This document shows positions 38,960 to 51,587 of a DNA stretch of 64,000 bases, piece after piece. The first letter of the stretch is position 1. The number at the start of each line of letters is the position of its first letter. The notes beneath the pieces are model-generated. The model searched no databases and was not told where the DNA came from. It saw nothing but the letters and a program-made list of their open reading frames with translations. Origin of the DNA: Girardia tigrina. Taxonomy: Eukaryota. The position numbers and the translations under genes were made by a program. The stretch spans positions 1 to 64,000 of the forward strand of contig MQRK01231528.1 of the NCBI GenBank assembly GCA_001938485.1, written 5' to 3'.

Positions 38960-41115
38960 CCAGTTTGATGTTTTGAGTGACAGAGAGAATCAATTGGAGT
39001 GATTTCAACAAGAAACATCTGTGAGAGTGTTGGGGTGGGAAGTGTATAGAGGCAATCATGGCGCGTTTCGCTGGAGACGGGTAAACAGATTGCATTTAGA
39101 CTTGGAGGAGGTTAAAACTAAGCGAGATCTTTATTCCTTCTGAGGCCAAATCACGGGAATCAACCCCGTCTGTCACTGGTTACGCGTTGTAACGTAGTTT
39201 CTTGAACGACAATCTACCCTAAATTTAAACAATCCGATCCACGAAGAGTTGAAGAAAGTGATAGGGGAAAGGGTACAAAAAGTCAAGACAAATGATTGCG
39301 CCTGTGAGACTTGGTCGGTGAAAGACGATAGCCGAGCCACTCTTTGGTGTGATGCCAGTACAATGGATCTGGGCGTTTTTTTAGATGTCGACGGACAGAT
39401 AATTGAGGATGACTTTTGGCTTCGTAAAGTCTACGACTGTCGGCACATAAATTTATTCGAGTTTGAAGCGGTAGTGAAGGGTTTAAACTTAACGATTACA
39501 TGGGGTTGTTCAAACATTGAGTTGAGGCTCGACAGTCAGGCTGTTTGTTGGTGGATATCAAACGTCATTGATAACGTTGAAGAAAGAAAATTAAGGGGGT
39601 TTTTTGAGCTATTGATTTGTTAAAGACTGAATCTGCTCAAAGATATTGTTTCCAAGTATAATTTTAAGCTGCATGTGGTATACGTTAGAACTGAGATGAA
39701 TGATGCCGACATCCTAAAGAGAATTTTCTCACAATGGTCTTTTTTAAGATTTTCCGCCGAAGTTGATAGCATTCTATCGACGTCCTCGGAATTGGATATT
39801 TGAACGATTTAAGGAGATTCATGACGGACAGCATATGGGACTCCAGAGATTTCCAAGGGAAGGAATTCAACTTTAACATCCGCGATGAAACCATTCGGTA
39901 AATCATCCTTCAGTGTAACCGGTGCCAATCTATCAATTCCGCAACGATCCGACGGGAAAAAAGGAGCTTAGATGTTGCCAAAACTTGGAAAAGAATTGCA
40001 ATTGATGTCGAGGGAAAGGGTACAAAAAGTCAAGACAAATGATTGCGCCGAAACTTGGAAAAGAATTGCAATTGATGTCGTAAAGTTCGAGGAGTTTAGG
40101 TACCTCACCAATTTTGATTGTGGACCCTCGCGATTTGCAATCTGGAGACTCATTAGAGTTGAAAGAGAACAGGAAGTCATGAAGACTTTGAGAAACGTAT
40201 TCTTCGAATGTGGAGCCCCTGCTGAGTTTTCAGCGGATAATTATACGTCTTTTCATTGAGAAATTTTTACTTCTGAGATGAAGGTCTGGAATATTCACGT
40301 CGGGTATCGAATCGTGAACAGATCGAGTGAGAATGGAACTACTGAAAAGAGTCACTGGACCGTCAAGGCGGTAACCAGGAGAGCTGGAAACGGGATCTAG
40401 GAATCGGTTTACTGGATGAATAATACTGCCGGAATAAACGATGAGTCACCAGTCGAAACCTTTAGGGGTATAAGCCTCGATTAATGTTGATCGTTAACTC
40501 AACCGACAAAGCAAGTAATGAAACCTTTTGTTCAGCTATGTTAATGGTGAGAGAGAAAGTTTGTGTGAAACCAAACTAGATCCTGCGCACTAGTGATAGA
40601 TGAACTGAAGGAGTCTTTAAAGAAGTAATCAGTCCACTTAAATTTCTTGTTTACATCAGGAATGTCTATTCCTTGCGTCTTTTCACTGACCTTAGACTGC
40701 GATCAGAGTTGATTGTCTCAGATCGGATGATATGCCTCATCGTGTTGAGGACTCACCGAGTGATTTTTGCACCACGGTCTCAGTTGACACAGAATTAGTT
40801 GTCCGAGAGCATCAATCTCCGAGGATATTTCACGACTGTCTCAAGGGACGATTTAGATTCTTCCGAATCTTGGGGAGATGTAGAATGAGACATATTACTG
40901 AAACTGAATTATTGTCGAAACGTATTTATTAATAGATTTATGATTTTTTTCGGTGATTCATACTTATTTATCGAACTGTTTTTTTTTAATTTTGAAATTA
41001 AAATTTATTTGTCTAAATATTTTTCGAACCGAATTTATTTTTCAAACTAATTTCAATTAACGATTTAAAGATATGAAGATATTATTATTCGATGGACAAA
41101 CATTTACTCTCTACA
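38960..41115 (+). mobile_element. decayed divergent LTR retrotransposon 3' half (tether, RNase H, integrase, PPT, LTR)
   Basis: VRVLG..RWRR..KTKRDLYSF; LWCDAS..HINLFEFEAVVKGLN..LDS; WKRIAIDV..FDCGPSRF..GAPAEFSADN. PPT GGGGAGA, then LTR TGTAGA(40879)...TCTACA(41115). Confidence 0.85.
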
Positions 41116-41724
41116 ATAATATGGGCCTAGCATGAATACAAAATCTCCGAGCTTCATATCGGCCAGTGCCACTACATCACTACCACCGTCCAGTCTTCGG
41201 GACAACCTGGAGATCTGGAGGAACAGTTATATATATTTATGTATATTATTAATTATTTGTTTTTAAATAACATTAAAAATAATAACAATATTTTTTGAAA
41301 CATGAAATTTTTAAAACTTTTTAAATCTTTTATTATCTTATTCCTGATTTTAATCTAAAAGCTTTTTGGACTTCAATTAATATTTTATGTTTCGAAAAAT
41401 TGCACTTCATGGGGGGGGTTAAATATTAATGCGAGTGTTTTTCTTGTTACATGAAAATGTATTATAAAACTTGCATTAAATATTTTTAAAACAAAATGTA
41501 TTTATTTCCTAGAGGGGTTTAAATTAGAAAATGTGTTCTTTAGGAAATGTATGGTTTTGAAATCGATTACTATATTAAACAATATTATTTAAATTATTCG
41601 AAATAAATATATAAAATTACTTGATTCAATTAATATTTCAATTGATAAAGAAATTTTTTACTATCAAATCTCTTTTTGGTAGGAGGTATGAGACAAGGGT
41701 CTAACTTCAAAAGCTGGAAATCAG

Positions 41725-41768
<44 letters not shown>

Positions 41769-41892
41769 AATATATTTACAGTGAAACAAAAGAAGTTTAA
41801 CTGTCTTCAAAAACATTATCTAACAAACATTTATTTCGACGAAGTGTTTCTTGAACATGACTGGTGGAAATGTACAACAATAAAGTCTATAC

Positions 41893-41941
<49 letters not shown>

Positions 41942-42827
41942 GGAATTGTTATTAAAATTTTGTTTGTTAACTCTTGCATAGAGAATTTCAGCTTCCTATA
42001 AAGCAATTGACTCAACCTAATTTCTTTATAATTAACCAATTTAAGTATATCTTTTTCATACCTTCATAAAATTAGCGATATATTCTCTTCTGGTGTGAAT
42101 TTTCATGTTCTTTAAACAATCTTTTACTGTCACAGGTTCTACGTGGTGAAGAAAAATGGCAACCATAGAAGAATGTTCCACAAAATCAGAAGGGGTTGTA
42201 TTTTTTACAATTTAATAGATATTATTTTGTTTGAATCTTCCGTTAAAGGTTGCAAATCAGTCTGGTATCATTGTAATAACTTTCCTCTTTATGATATGCT
42301 TGAGATACTCGACGGTGATCGCCTACTTCTGATATGCCATAAAAAATGACAATTATTTATATCTGTTTGTTAAAAGTTTTGTTAAAATTAAATTTTTCAA
42401 AAGGTCAATTCAACCATGCAAGACATATCCTAGCTAGAAAAGTCGTTAGATATAGATTTACTTGTTGACATCTATCGATACAAACTTTGCCATTGAGTAG
42501 CTGTAAGTACAGTCATAGGTATTCATTGCATTATGAATAGATTTGCCAGCTTCAATTAATAACTTGTATGCAAATAGTCATGATGTTGGTTTTGTGTTCC
42601 TCATTTTTATATTCCTTTTTAGTTTTCACAATCCTTATTTTCTCAATACCTTCACTAACATATTTTCTTTTCCAAAAATACATCAGAAGAAGAGGTTGAA
42701 TGTGTTTTAAAGTTATACAAATGATACATTGTAAATTTTTAAGGTTTTCTATGCAAACTATTATAGAAAAATTGACCTTACTAACAAGTAATTTATGTTG
42801 TAAAATCTCTTTCTGAATAATATTATA

Positions 42828-43172
42828 CTAGAAATAGACCCGTCATATATGACGGTGAGATGAATTTTCGATTTTGAAAGTTTATGTTTTAATTTTTAAA
42901 GCGTAATTATTATAAATTGTTTCGAATTCTGTGTTGAATTAACAGTCAGTCAGTTATATCGGCTCCCGGCGCCATTCGGTAAAGGCGCTGTACAGACAGA
43001 ACCGTCTCGATATGGACTATGCAGATCTATCTCAACTTTACGCGGATTCACTCACTGTTCCTCCACTATTTCGTATTTTATCAGCATCTATATGATCGTA
43101 GTAAAATTTCAGCTTGACCGAAAAACCGTGCATCAGATGATAACGAAATTTTGCAAATTTAATGTAAATTGA
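42828..43172 (-). mobile_element. non-autonomous Helitron, 345 bp
   Basis: On the minus strand: A|TC start at 43172, 16-nt palindrome CCGTCATATATGACGG (42840-42855), and CTAG|T end at 42828. Inserted in AT with no TSD. Confidence 0.7.
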
Positions 43173-45309
43173 TTTTTAGAAATATAATTAGTAAATAAGT
43201 GATAGAAATCGTCATTTATCAAATAAATTAGTATTTTCATAAAAACTTTCACGAAATTCCTTGTAGTAATCATCAAAATCGTCATTATTTGAAATAGGTG
43301 TTAATTTAACCATTTAACGAATTGTACGACTTTCGATCGATTTCATCTGCACCAACAGATTTGTATTGATGTTGGCTATCCAGATTGACCACGTACTTAA
43401 ATGGATTCACTCTGCTTCCTCCGCAATTTTACAGTAAGCCTTTGTTAGTTAATCAAATTCTATTAATTAATGATTAAATTAACAAAAAAGATAAACAGAA
43501 GATGAATTCCCATCACGTGAGAAATGAATCGAAAGAAGTAGCAATAAAAGTTAAGTTACTTTAATTTGGAATAGGATTTGGCTCCTTGGACATAGGTCTA
43601 GTTCGTTGATTAAATTTTCGCTATTCTTATTCTAGAAGATTGCAAATTTGAAATAGATATCAAGGTAATAATTATGGATCTTTTGATGCCGAGGATTATA
43701 ATAGTTCGATGTCTGATGGATAGGTCGTAGCTGGAAGTATAAGTGTTCGTTATAGGATGAAAGAGTTCTTATCAGGAAGTAAAGGTTATTCGTTGTCGGG
43801 TGAATTGTTTATAATCGCAAATTATTATTTTCTATAGGAAAAAAATTGTAGTTCTTAGAAATTGAGAATATTCGTTGTCAGGTTTTAAAATTTGTATCAA
43901 TTTATTGATATTTTTTAATCTAAATGTATTTTGTTTAAATTATAGATATATTTAAATACTGTGAGGAATATTTTAAATTTGGTATGTTGAAATTGGTTTG
44001 TTGAATTTTGTATGTTGAGTTTAGTATTTGGAAATGTGTTTCTCCCACCCAGATGGAAAATTGATATTTTANNNNNNNNNNNNNNNNNNNNNNNNNNNNN
44101 NNNNNNNNNNNNNNNNNNNNNNNNNNNNNNNNNNNNNNNNNNNNNNNNNNNNNNNNNNNNNNNNNNNNNNNNNNNNNNNNNNNNNNNNNNNNNNNNNNNN
44201 NNNNNNNNNNNNNNNNNNNNNNNNNNNNNNNNNNNNNNNNNNNNNNNNNNNNNNNNNNNNNNNNNNNNNNNNNNNNNNNNNNNNNNNNNNNNNNNNNNNN
44301 NNNNNNNAAAAATTATCAATTTAGAACGATGTCGAATGACGAGAGTTTTGTTGAGAGTTGTCCAAAAGACAATTCTGATTGTAATGAAAATAAAAGTTTG
44401 AAAACCCATGTTGGTGTTCTTAATAAATACTATTGTATTTATTTCTATTTATGAGTCGCCAACCGTTTTGTGGTGGTGATTAAAGAATCGCTCCCTAAAC
44501 GGTACTGGTCCCAAATAGCCAACTGGAGCCACTAAAAAAACATATATATTTATTTATTTTGTGGACAAGATGACATTACAAAAACAAACTCCATTGAAAA
44601 GCAAATCTAATTTTTAGTACAGAAAAAGAGATTTCCATTTTAATTTTCTTTATCAAAATAAATGAATTAAACTGTTTTTCTTTATAAATAAAAAATAAAT
44701 AGAAAAAAATCGTTTTAAAAAATCAAAAATATAAAATAAGAATAAAAGAAAAAAAATATTTTTTTAAATTAAAATTAAAAAAAAATAATTTTTACATTTT
44801 TCAAATGAGACGAAAAAGCAAAATTCAATTTAACAAAAAAAACAGGAAGAAAACCAAAATACATGCATGATATTTTTTTCTCTTTTCAAAGAGGAAAAAA
44901 AGCAAAAAAAATCCATCAATTAAAACAATGCTGATAATTAAATAAAACAAATCCCCATCGAATTTCAGTGACAAAAATGGGAAAATTACATTTTTTTTAG
45001 GTTTCGAGAATCGTGAATTGTAAAATTACTTTCAACTGAAAATCAATTTTCAAGAACCACTTGACAAAAAAAAAGATTGTAAAAATTTCCTTTCAGTGTG
45101 ACGATTTAAACAACAAAAAAATCAAAAATATTTTATAAATTCAAACGACAAAAACAAACAAAAAATAATTTTTCTATAATTTTGATTTTTAAAAGAAAAA
45201 TAAATAATAATATTTTTTAAAAATATTCATGGTCTCAATTGTCTCACAAAATGCACAACACAACATTTAGTATATATATTTTTTTTGAAAAAAGACAAAA
45301 TGCAGCATG

Positions 45310-45358
45310 TTCTTCAGCTCTTCTTCTTATTCTTCTTGTTCTTCTTGTTCTTCTTCTT
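45310..45358. repeat. imperfect (CTT)n microsatellite
   Basis: Read directly. Confidence 0.8.
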
Positions 45359-45883
45359 TCACGTTTTTATTACTAATGAATGTAAAGGGAGAAAGTGTTT
45401 GAATTTTATAAAATTATATACTATCAACCAATGGAACCATCAATAAAGTTTACAGATAAATGCTATTATATTACCCAAAAGACACACGATCATTCCTATT
45501 ACAAACAGAAAACTAGAAGAAAATAAATTTCCTGCTTCTTGGCACTGAAACATACAATCTTTTAGGAATTTTTCCTAAATATGTTTGGTTGGATCAAAAT
45601 AGGAAGAGAACGAACATACAATAAAATCGAGTATGCCACAAACATACTTCTTATATCCTGTCGATTTATCTCGGTAGAATTTCCCTTCAAACTACATCAA
45701 TTTTAATTAATAGTATTTTATTTTATTTTTTTTGAAGAAATAAACAGTAAAAATCCTTCAAAAACCAAACCTATCTCTCAGGCATCCCAAACGATGTTCT
45801 TCAGATTTATCAATTGGGAAAATGGATTCCAAATTTGACAGAATTTCGTGTGTTTTAGTTTGTCCGCTGAAAAATGTTCGACG

Positions 45884-48250
45884 ATGCGTTTGGCTCATTA
45901 TAGCCTGTGTTTGTTTTTGCTTTTACATTTGATTTTTCAAGACGTTCAAGCAATCAAAGGTTGCGTGGTGACGTTAATCAACTCGAGCAGCTCGAAACGA
46001 CGAATACTTTGCGGCGACCCCAACTCGACAATAACTCGAATTCCAGACAAACTACCCGAAACGACAGCGATGTTGATCATTACAAATCAGAATATCATTT
46101 CAATAAAAGAGAACGATTTGGAATCCGTTTCCGAATTGTCGACCCTTTCATTAACGTTTTCCAATCTCGAAACGATTGATAAAAATGCTTTCAAACATCT
46201 TTCACAATTGACGATTTTAGATTTAAGTGGAAATAAATTGACGATTTCCGAAACGTCTTTTCCCAGTGATTTGTTGCTTAATCTTAGCAACTTACAACAT
46301 TTAAAATTGACGAATAATCCTCTGAAATTGATTCCGGATTTTTTTTTCAAACCTCTTTCTAATCTTCGGAAATTATTCATCAATGATTGTGGTGGTTCCA
46401 GTTCTTTGATTGTTTCCAAACAAGCATTTAAAGGTTTAAGTTTGATTGAAGAGATAGATATGAGAAAGAGTGGACTTGAAAAGTTACACGAGTCTATGGA
46501 AACCGATTTTCGGGATATGAAAAACTTACGTTCGTTGTTTTTGGCCGAAAATCCGTGGATTTGCGATTGTCATCTTCGATGGCTCTATATGTACCTAACT
46601 CAATTACTACAGGATAGCATTACTCTTCAAATTGAAAATATCGGTCCTCAATGTAAAAAACCTCCTCGTTTGAAAGGCAGCCGATTTCCGGCTATAGACG
46701 AAAGAAGCAGTCTGAAGTTTGTGGATTTTGTTTGTCAACCAAAATGTTCACGTTTATCACCAGAAATTATCGAATTGAAATCTGGCGGCAGTTTTAATCT
46801 CACTTGTCAATGTTTTTCCGACCCTATCAAAACGTTAGTTTGGACGAAAAACGGTCATCAGGTGGAAGAAAACCCTAATAAATTTCGTATATATCATTCG
46901 GGAAATCGACATTTCCAATCGACTCTTCAAGTACGAATGTTGGAATCCATCGATAGCGGAGATTGGAGTTGTAAACTCGAGGATATTGTGAAGAACTTTA
47001 CGGTGAAAGTTAATTCAAATACTTTATTCCCCATAGCAGCATCATTAAATGTTTATATATTCGTTGGGTTAGGAAGCTCACTGTTACTCATTTCTCTTAT
47101 TATTGTAATGATGGTCATGTTTTGTAAACGAGATTCTTTATGTCAGTATCGAAGTCAAAACCCGATGGTCATTTGTGGATATGAAACTCAATTACGAAAA
47201 CCGTCGGGTTATGATGGCGATATTCAATTTACGTATAATCAACAAGACGGTCGATTTCATAGCAGTTTTTATGAAAATTCCATTCCTGTAAATTCTAATT
47301 TCAATTTGTATCAAAGAACCAACCCATACCAAAACGATACCCTTTCCGAGAAGAATAGACTCAGTGATCTTGATCAGAAATCCCAGTTATTAATCAACAC
47401 CAAAACTCCAAGTAATGATAAAATGTTGAATATTTACTGTGGATGTCACAATTATAGTATTTTCAATTCTGATGATGAACCAAACCCTGACCTAATGACC
47501 GATTCTTTTACTTGTAACTCAAAAACCTTGAAACCAAGTTTAGACCATAAAAGACCAATCAGTACTTTGGATTCGAAATTCGAAAGAAATTTTCAAACAT
47601 TGCCAATGAAAAACTCAACGGAAATCGAAAAATTAATACCGAAAATCCGTCAATGTCCATTCCATGGAAGCTCAGCAACGTTAACTCGAGTCCCTGGTGA
47701 TAAACCGTGTCCCGTTCATGGATCGACGGCAACTCTACCAAGTCGACTCTCGTCGAAAAAGATCGAGCATCGATTAGGTTGCCCGAAACATGATAAAGAT
47801 AATATCAGTGTGAAAAGTTTAAAAATGGAAAGCACAAATCATCACAAAATTCAAGCTCATCGATCCAAATCTGTAAATAAAATCTCAACAAATCCCGAAG
47901 CAATGGAAATCGTAACTCCGACCGGATATCGACCGTGTCCACTTCACGGGGATATTTTGGCAGCGATTACGGAAAATTTAATCGAGCCTCTACCAAATAG
48001 TCATAAAATTCATCGGAAAGACATCCTTTCTAAAAAGTCTCATTCCAAAAACATTTACGAATCGAATTTGAAAATTCCACCGACAGATTGTGATAAAATG
48101 AACAGAAAACCGGTCGAGTCCATCAAAACTCGTTCCGAGTATTTTCCAGTGACATCAGCGAACATCTCACATAATCTCACGTCTCCAGTCCAGTCGAGTC
48201 TGTCCAGTTCCCCATTGTTAACGTCTGATGTCCATGGTACTCTTGTATAA
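45884..48250 (+). CDS. Kekkon-like LRR and Ig-domain type I transmembrane protein (788 aa from ATG 45884), single coding exon
   Basis: Signal peptide MRLAHYSLCLFLLLHLIFQDVQA, LRRNT, about 7 LRRs, LRRCT (NPWICDCHLRW), one Ig domain and a TM segment (VYIFVGLGSSLLLISLIIVMMVMFC). The cytoplasmic NPDL motif and C-terminal GTLV resemble Kekkon PDL and GTEV. A splice acceptor TTTTAG at 45853-45858 precedes the ATG. Confidence 0.9.
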   Translation: MRLAHYSLCLFLLLHLIFQDVQAIKGCVVTLINSSSSKRRILCGDPNSTITRIPDKLPETTAMLIITNQNIISIKENDLESVSELSTLSLTFSNLETIDKNAFKHLSQLTILDLSGNKLTISETSFPSDLLLNLSNLQHLKLTNNPLKLIPDFFFKPLSNLRKLFINDCGGSSSLIVSKQAFKGLSLIEEIDMRKSGLEKLHESMETDFRDMKNLRSLFLAENPWICDCHLRWLYMYLTQLLQDSITLQIENIGPQCKKPPRLKGSRFPAIDERSSLKFVDFVCQPKCSRLSPEIIELKSGGSFNLTCQCFSDPIKTLVWTKNGHQVEENPNKFRIYHSGNRHFQSTLQVRMLESIDSGDWSCKLEDIVKNFTVKVNSNTLFPIAASLNVYIFVGLGSSLLLISLIIVMMVMFCKRDSLCQYRSQNPMVICGYETQLRKPSGYDGDIQFTYNQQDGRFHSSFYENSIPVNSNFNLYQRTNPYQNDTLSEKNRLSDLDQKSQLLINTKTPSNDKMLNIYCGCHNYSIFNSDDEPNPDLMTDSFTCNSKTLKPSLDHKRPISTLDSKFERNFQTLPMKNSTEIEKLIPKIRQCPFHGSSATLTRVPGDKPCPVHGSTATLPSRLSSKKIEHRLGCPKHDKDNISVKSLKMESTNHHKIQAHRSKSVNKISTNPEAMEIVTPTGYRPCPLHGDILAAITENLIEPLPNSHKIHRKDILSKKSHSKNIYESNLKIPPTDCDKMNRKPVESIKTRSEYFPVTSANISHNLTSPVQSSLSSSPLLTSDVHGTLV

Positions 48251-50086
48251 AAAAAAAGATTTTTTTTATGATAAAATTAGGAATAATTTGTACCATTATG
48301 AGTAATAATATCGATTTTACGTAGATTATAGAAATTTATATTTTATTAAAACGTTGTTTTGATTATTTTATTAAAAAAAATTTTTTTGATTGATAAATCA
48401 ACATTTTCTAGAATTTCAGAATTTGNNNNNNNNNNNNNNNNNNNNNNNNNNNNNNNNNNNNNNNNNNNNNNNNNNNNNNNNNNNNNNNNNNNNNNNNNNN
48501 NNNNNNNNNNNNNNNNNNNNNNNNNNNNNNNNNNNNNNNNNNNNNNNNNNNNNNNNNNNNNNNNNNNNNNNNNNNNNNNNTCTCAAATGCTCCATTATTT
48601 ATATATTTTTATACAATTATAGAGAAGAAAATAAAACATTCACGCTCGTTATTGGTATTTTGGCAAATAAAAGATTTTTATGTTTGGATAATGTTTCATC
48701 TTTTCTTTTTTTATGGCAAAAAAAATTCAATTGATTATTCAAAGAAAACGAAAAATTAATAAATATATTTTAGTTAAATGTATATTTAATTATTGAAAAT
48801 ATCATAATTATATCAGTTCTATTTTCTTTCTTTCTTTTTATCCTCCTTCAAAAAAATCGTATTGAGAATTATTCGTTGTGAATATTTTTGAAGATTTTTT
48901 TGACAAAATGAAGAACGTTTCTTTTTGTATTGAAAAAAATATAAATAATATAACTTTTATTTTTCTCTTTACTATTATGGGATGTTATAAAAATGCCGAA
49001 TGTGCTTGAAACGTTAAATAAATGATTCTAGTAGTCTCAATATGAACATTGCTGTATTCCCCCTCCCGGTTTATCCTCCAAGATGTATAGGAATTCGTTT
49101 CAGAGCGCTGCCGCCATACCGCGTAATTCGAGTTATTGTCGGCACCTGTGTCACAAAAAAAATAAAATTAATACCAATTTTCCTTTATTCATTTTAATCA
49201 GTACACTTTATATCCATAGCCACAACAAGATCAAATGATACGGACTGGGAAATAGGATAGTTCTAGTTGTCATATATTCTTTTCGTGTATCTCTTTCGTA
49301 AGAACGATGGGGATAAATTTATTCTAATCGGTTATCTAGAAGGTTTTTTATTCATGATTTTTGAAGATTTTTTCTGTGTTGAATTAGAATGAAAATTTAT
49401 AGAAATTACATAAAAGTTTAAAAATTTTAAATTAAATATGTGATGAAATTAAAATAAGTAGCATCTGTTTGATGAATATGGCTTAAGAAAGAAAAGGGAA
49501 GTAAACCAAGGGCAAATTGCATGAGGGATATCTGGAATTAGGAAGAAGTTCACAGCTCTTAAATCACGAAAATCTGCTTTGAAGATAAAATAAATTTTGA
49601 ACAATAAATTAGAGTCGTGGAATTAAAAAAAATGGAAGTTTATTGAATAAATCAGTATGTCAAAGGCATTGCATTTCATTTTCTTATTTTCAAATACTTC
49701 TTCAAACTTCTCCATAAATTCTGAAATTTATTAATGAGAAGAATATGACAAATTAGACTAGTAGCACGGTAAATACAAGGAACATCGCAGACGAAAGCCA
49801 TAGAGATACTTTGAATCCGATTCTTAATATTAATGTGCTAGTGTAGTTGGTACTGTTGACGAGTTTGATCCCGGACATGGTTTAAGCTTTTTGACTGGAT
49901 AATATAACAGAAAAAGAGATATTCAAATATTCCTTTCTCGATTGCACATAGCATTATAACACCTTGATCATTAATGGTTATTTGTAGAAGCAAACCGAAA
50001 CGTGTCCTGTACTGAAGGCTCACTCTTTTGTATCTAAAGCCATGTGAGAAGACCAGAAGTTCATTATTTTTGAAGTTTCCAACCGA

Positions 50087-50880
50087 TACAGAGTTTCAAG
50101 TACGTGTTTAAAAATACTTTAACAAACTTTTTGGACAGATACCTTACACCAAGACAACAAAAAAATTATATAAACATATTAAAGTTTTCGTTAAACGGGA
50201 TTACTGGTACATTTCAACCAGCATTTTTCAATGCACTTATTTAGGTTGAAGACTGCGACTCATAATCTTCGACTGGATAGATAAATATGTATTTGTTAGG
50301 AGTCTTATTTTACCTGTAATATTACATTCATTTTTATAATAGGCGTCGTCTCATTGTACATGACTGGTTAGTACTTGGACATTAGTGTGTTTTCAATTGT
50401 GTATATTTAATATTTGAAAGTTAAGAGAATGTTTAACGTTGAACCATGTTTGATTACTAATTTCGTTGGCAGAAAGATTTGATGTTTATGTACGGCTGCA
50501 CGAATTATAATGGACGTGAGGCATCATTACTTTATAACATGATATTTCTAGAGAAAGACAGCCAAATCCGCATACCTTTACAGCTGTTTATAGTTACTTT
50601 GCTGAAACAAGATGCTAAACTTCATTAAAATGATTGTAGAAGAGTTACTAGTACGCTTTACCATGAAAAGTATGTTCTATATATTGTTTAAGAATGGGCC
50701 CTAGACGATTTAGCATAGACGATGCTTTACAAATAACTCATTTTGTGTTTAATTTTCAACTTTTCAAGGCATTTTAGCTACATATAATCAATCAACGGAG
50801 AAATTTTCTCATTTTTTTCAAGCATAAACTGCGTATCCATTGCTTTTTTACAGATAAGTCAACATTTGAAAGAGATGGAG
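50087..50880 (-). mobile_element. decayed Tc1/mariner-superfamily remnant
   Basis: Terminus-like TACAG...GTGTTTAAAAATACTTTAACAAACTTT..GGACAGATACCTTACACCAA. The coding region is barely readable. Confidence 0.35.
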
Positions 50881-51008
50881 TAATAAATTTCGAGAACCAA
50901 CACAAGTGGGCCTATTAAAATCTTCATGCTATAGTTCTGGCTAGACATCTACAAAAGTTTAAGATAAATTTTTTGGGTACCCGGACATTTGGCCAAAAAA
51001 TAAAAAGG

Positions 51009-51034
51009 CCTCGATACCGCGAGGTATGACTAGT
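51009..51034 (+). mobile_element. possible Helitron 3' end
   Basis: Hairpin CCTCG-ATACCG-CGAGG, 5 nt, then CTAG|T. Confidence 0.4.
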
Positions 51035-51554
51035 TTGCAACAACTGGAGATTAGGTTGTGCCTAGGGATGAGTTTTCTTGATTTTTTATGAGTTTTTTAG
51101 TCCTCTCCTACCGCGTCTGTGAATAAAGTAGTTTTTATGATTACGGAAAAGTACATAATTCCGCAATATTAAAAAGTAGGTTAAAAATTATTACTTTTAT
51201 ATTCGATAAATCAAAAAATTCTATAACTAAATATTTGTGTTTTACAAACAAATATTAATGATCTTTATTGTTATTTTTATTTTTTTACGAATTAAATTTT
51301 TATTATCCTTTATTGTACTTTTAATATTATTATTTTTGATGTGATTAAAATTTGTAAATTTGTTATATTTTTTAGAATTTCGTTACATTTTAATTTTTTT
51401 CTTCCTGGTGTGTTTGCATTAGGTTAAAAGGTTTTTAAAATTTCTATTTTAAAGCTTCATAAATATCTTTCGTATTATATATATATATATATATATCTAT
51501 NNNNNNNNNNNNNNNNNNNNNNNNNNNNNNNNNNNNNNNNNNNNNNNNNNNNNN

Positions 51555-51586
<32 letters not shown>

Positions 51587-51587
<1 letters not shown>

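Noticed and set aside
42060-42780. Decayed transposase-like region (also 43230-43900 and 56780-57240)
   Set aside because: No motif could be assigned with any confidence.
43915-44409. ORFs spanning N gaps (also 48359-48734, 35060-35248)
   Set aside because: Their length comes from Ns, with no coding signal.
49050-49160. TRIM-like element (minus-strand TGGCGGCAGCG PBS-like and GGGAGGGGGAA PPT-like)
   Set aside because: No flanking direct repeats or TG..CA boundaries found.
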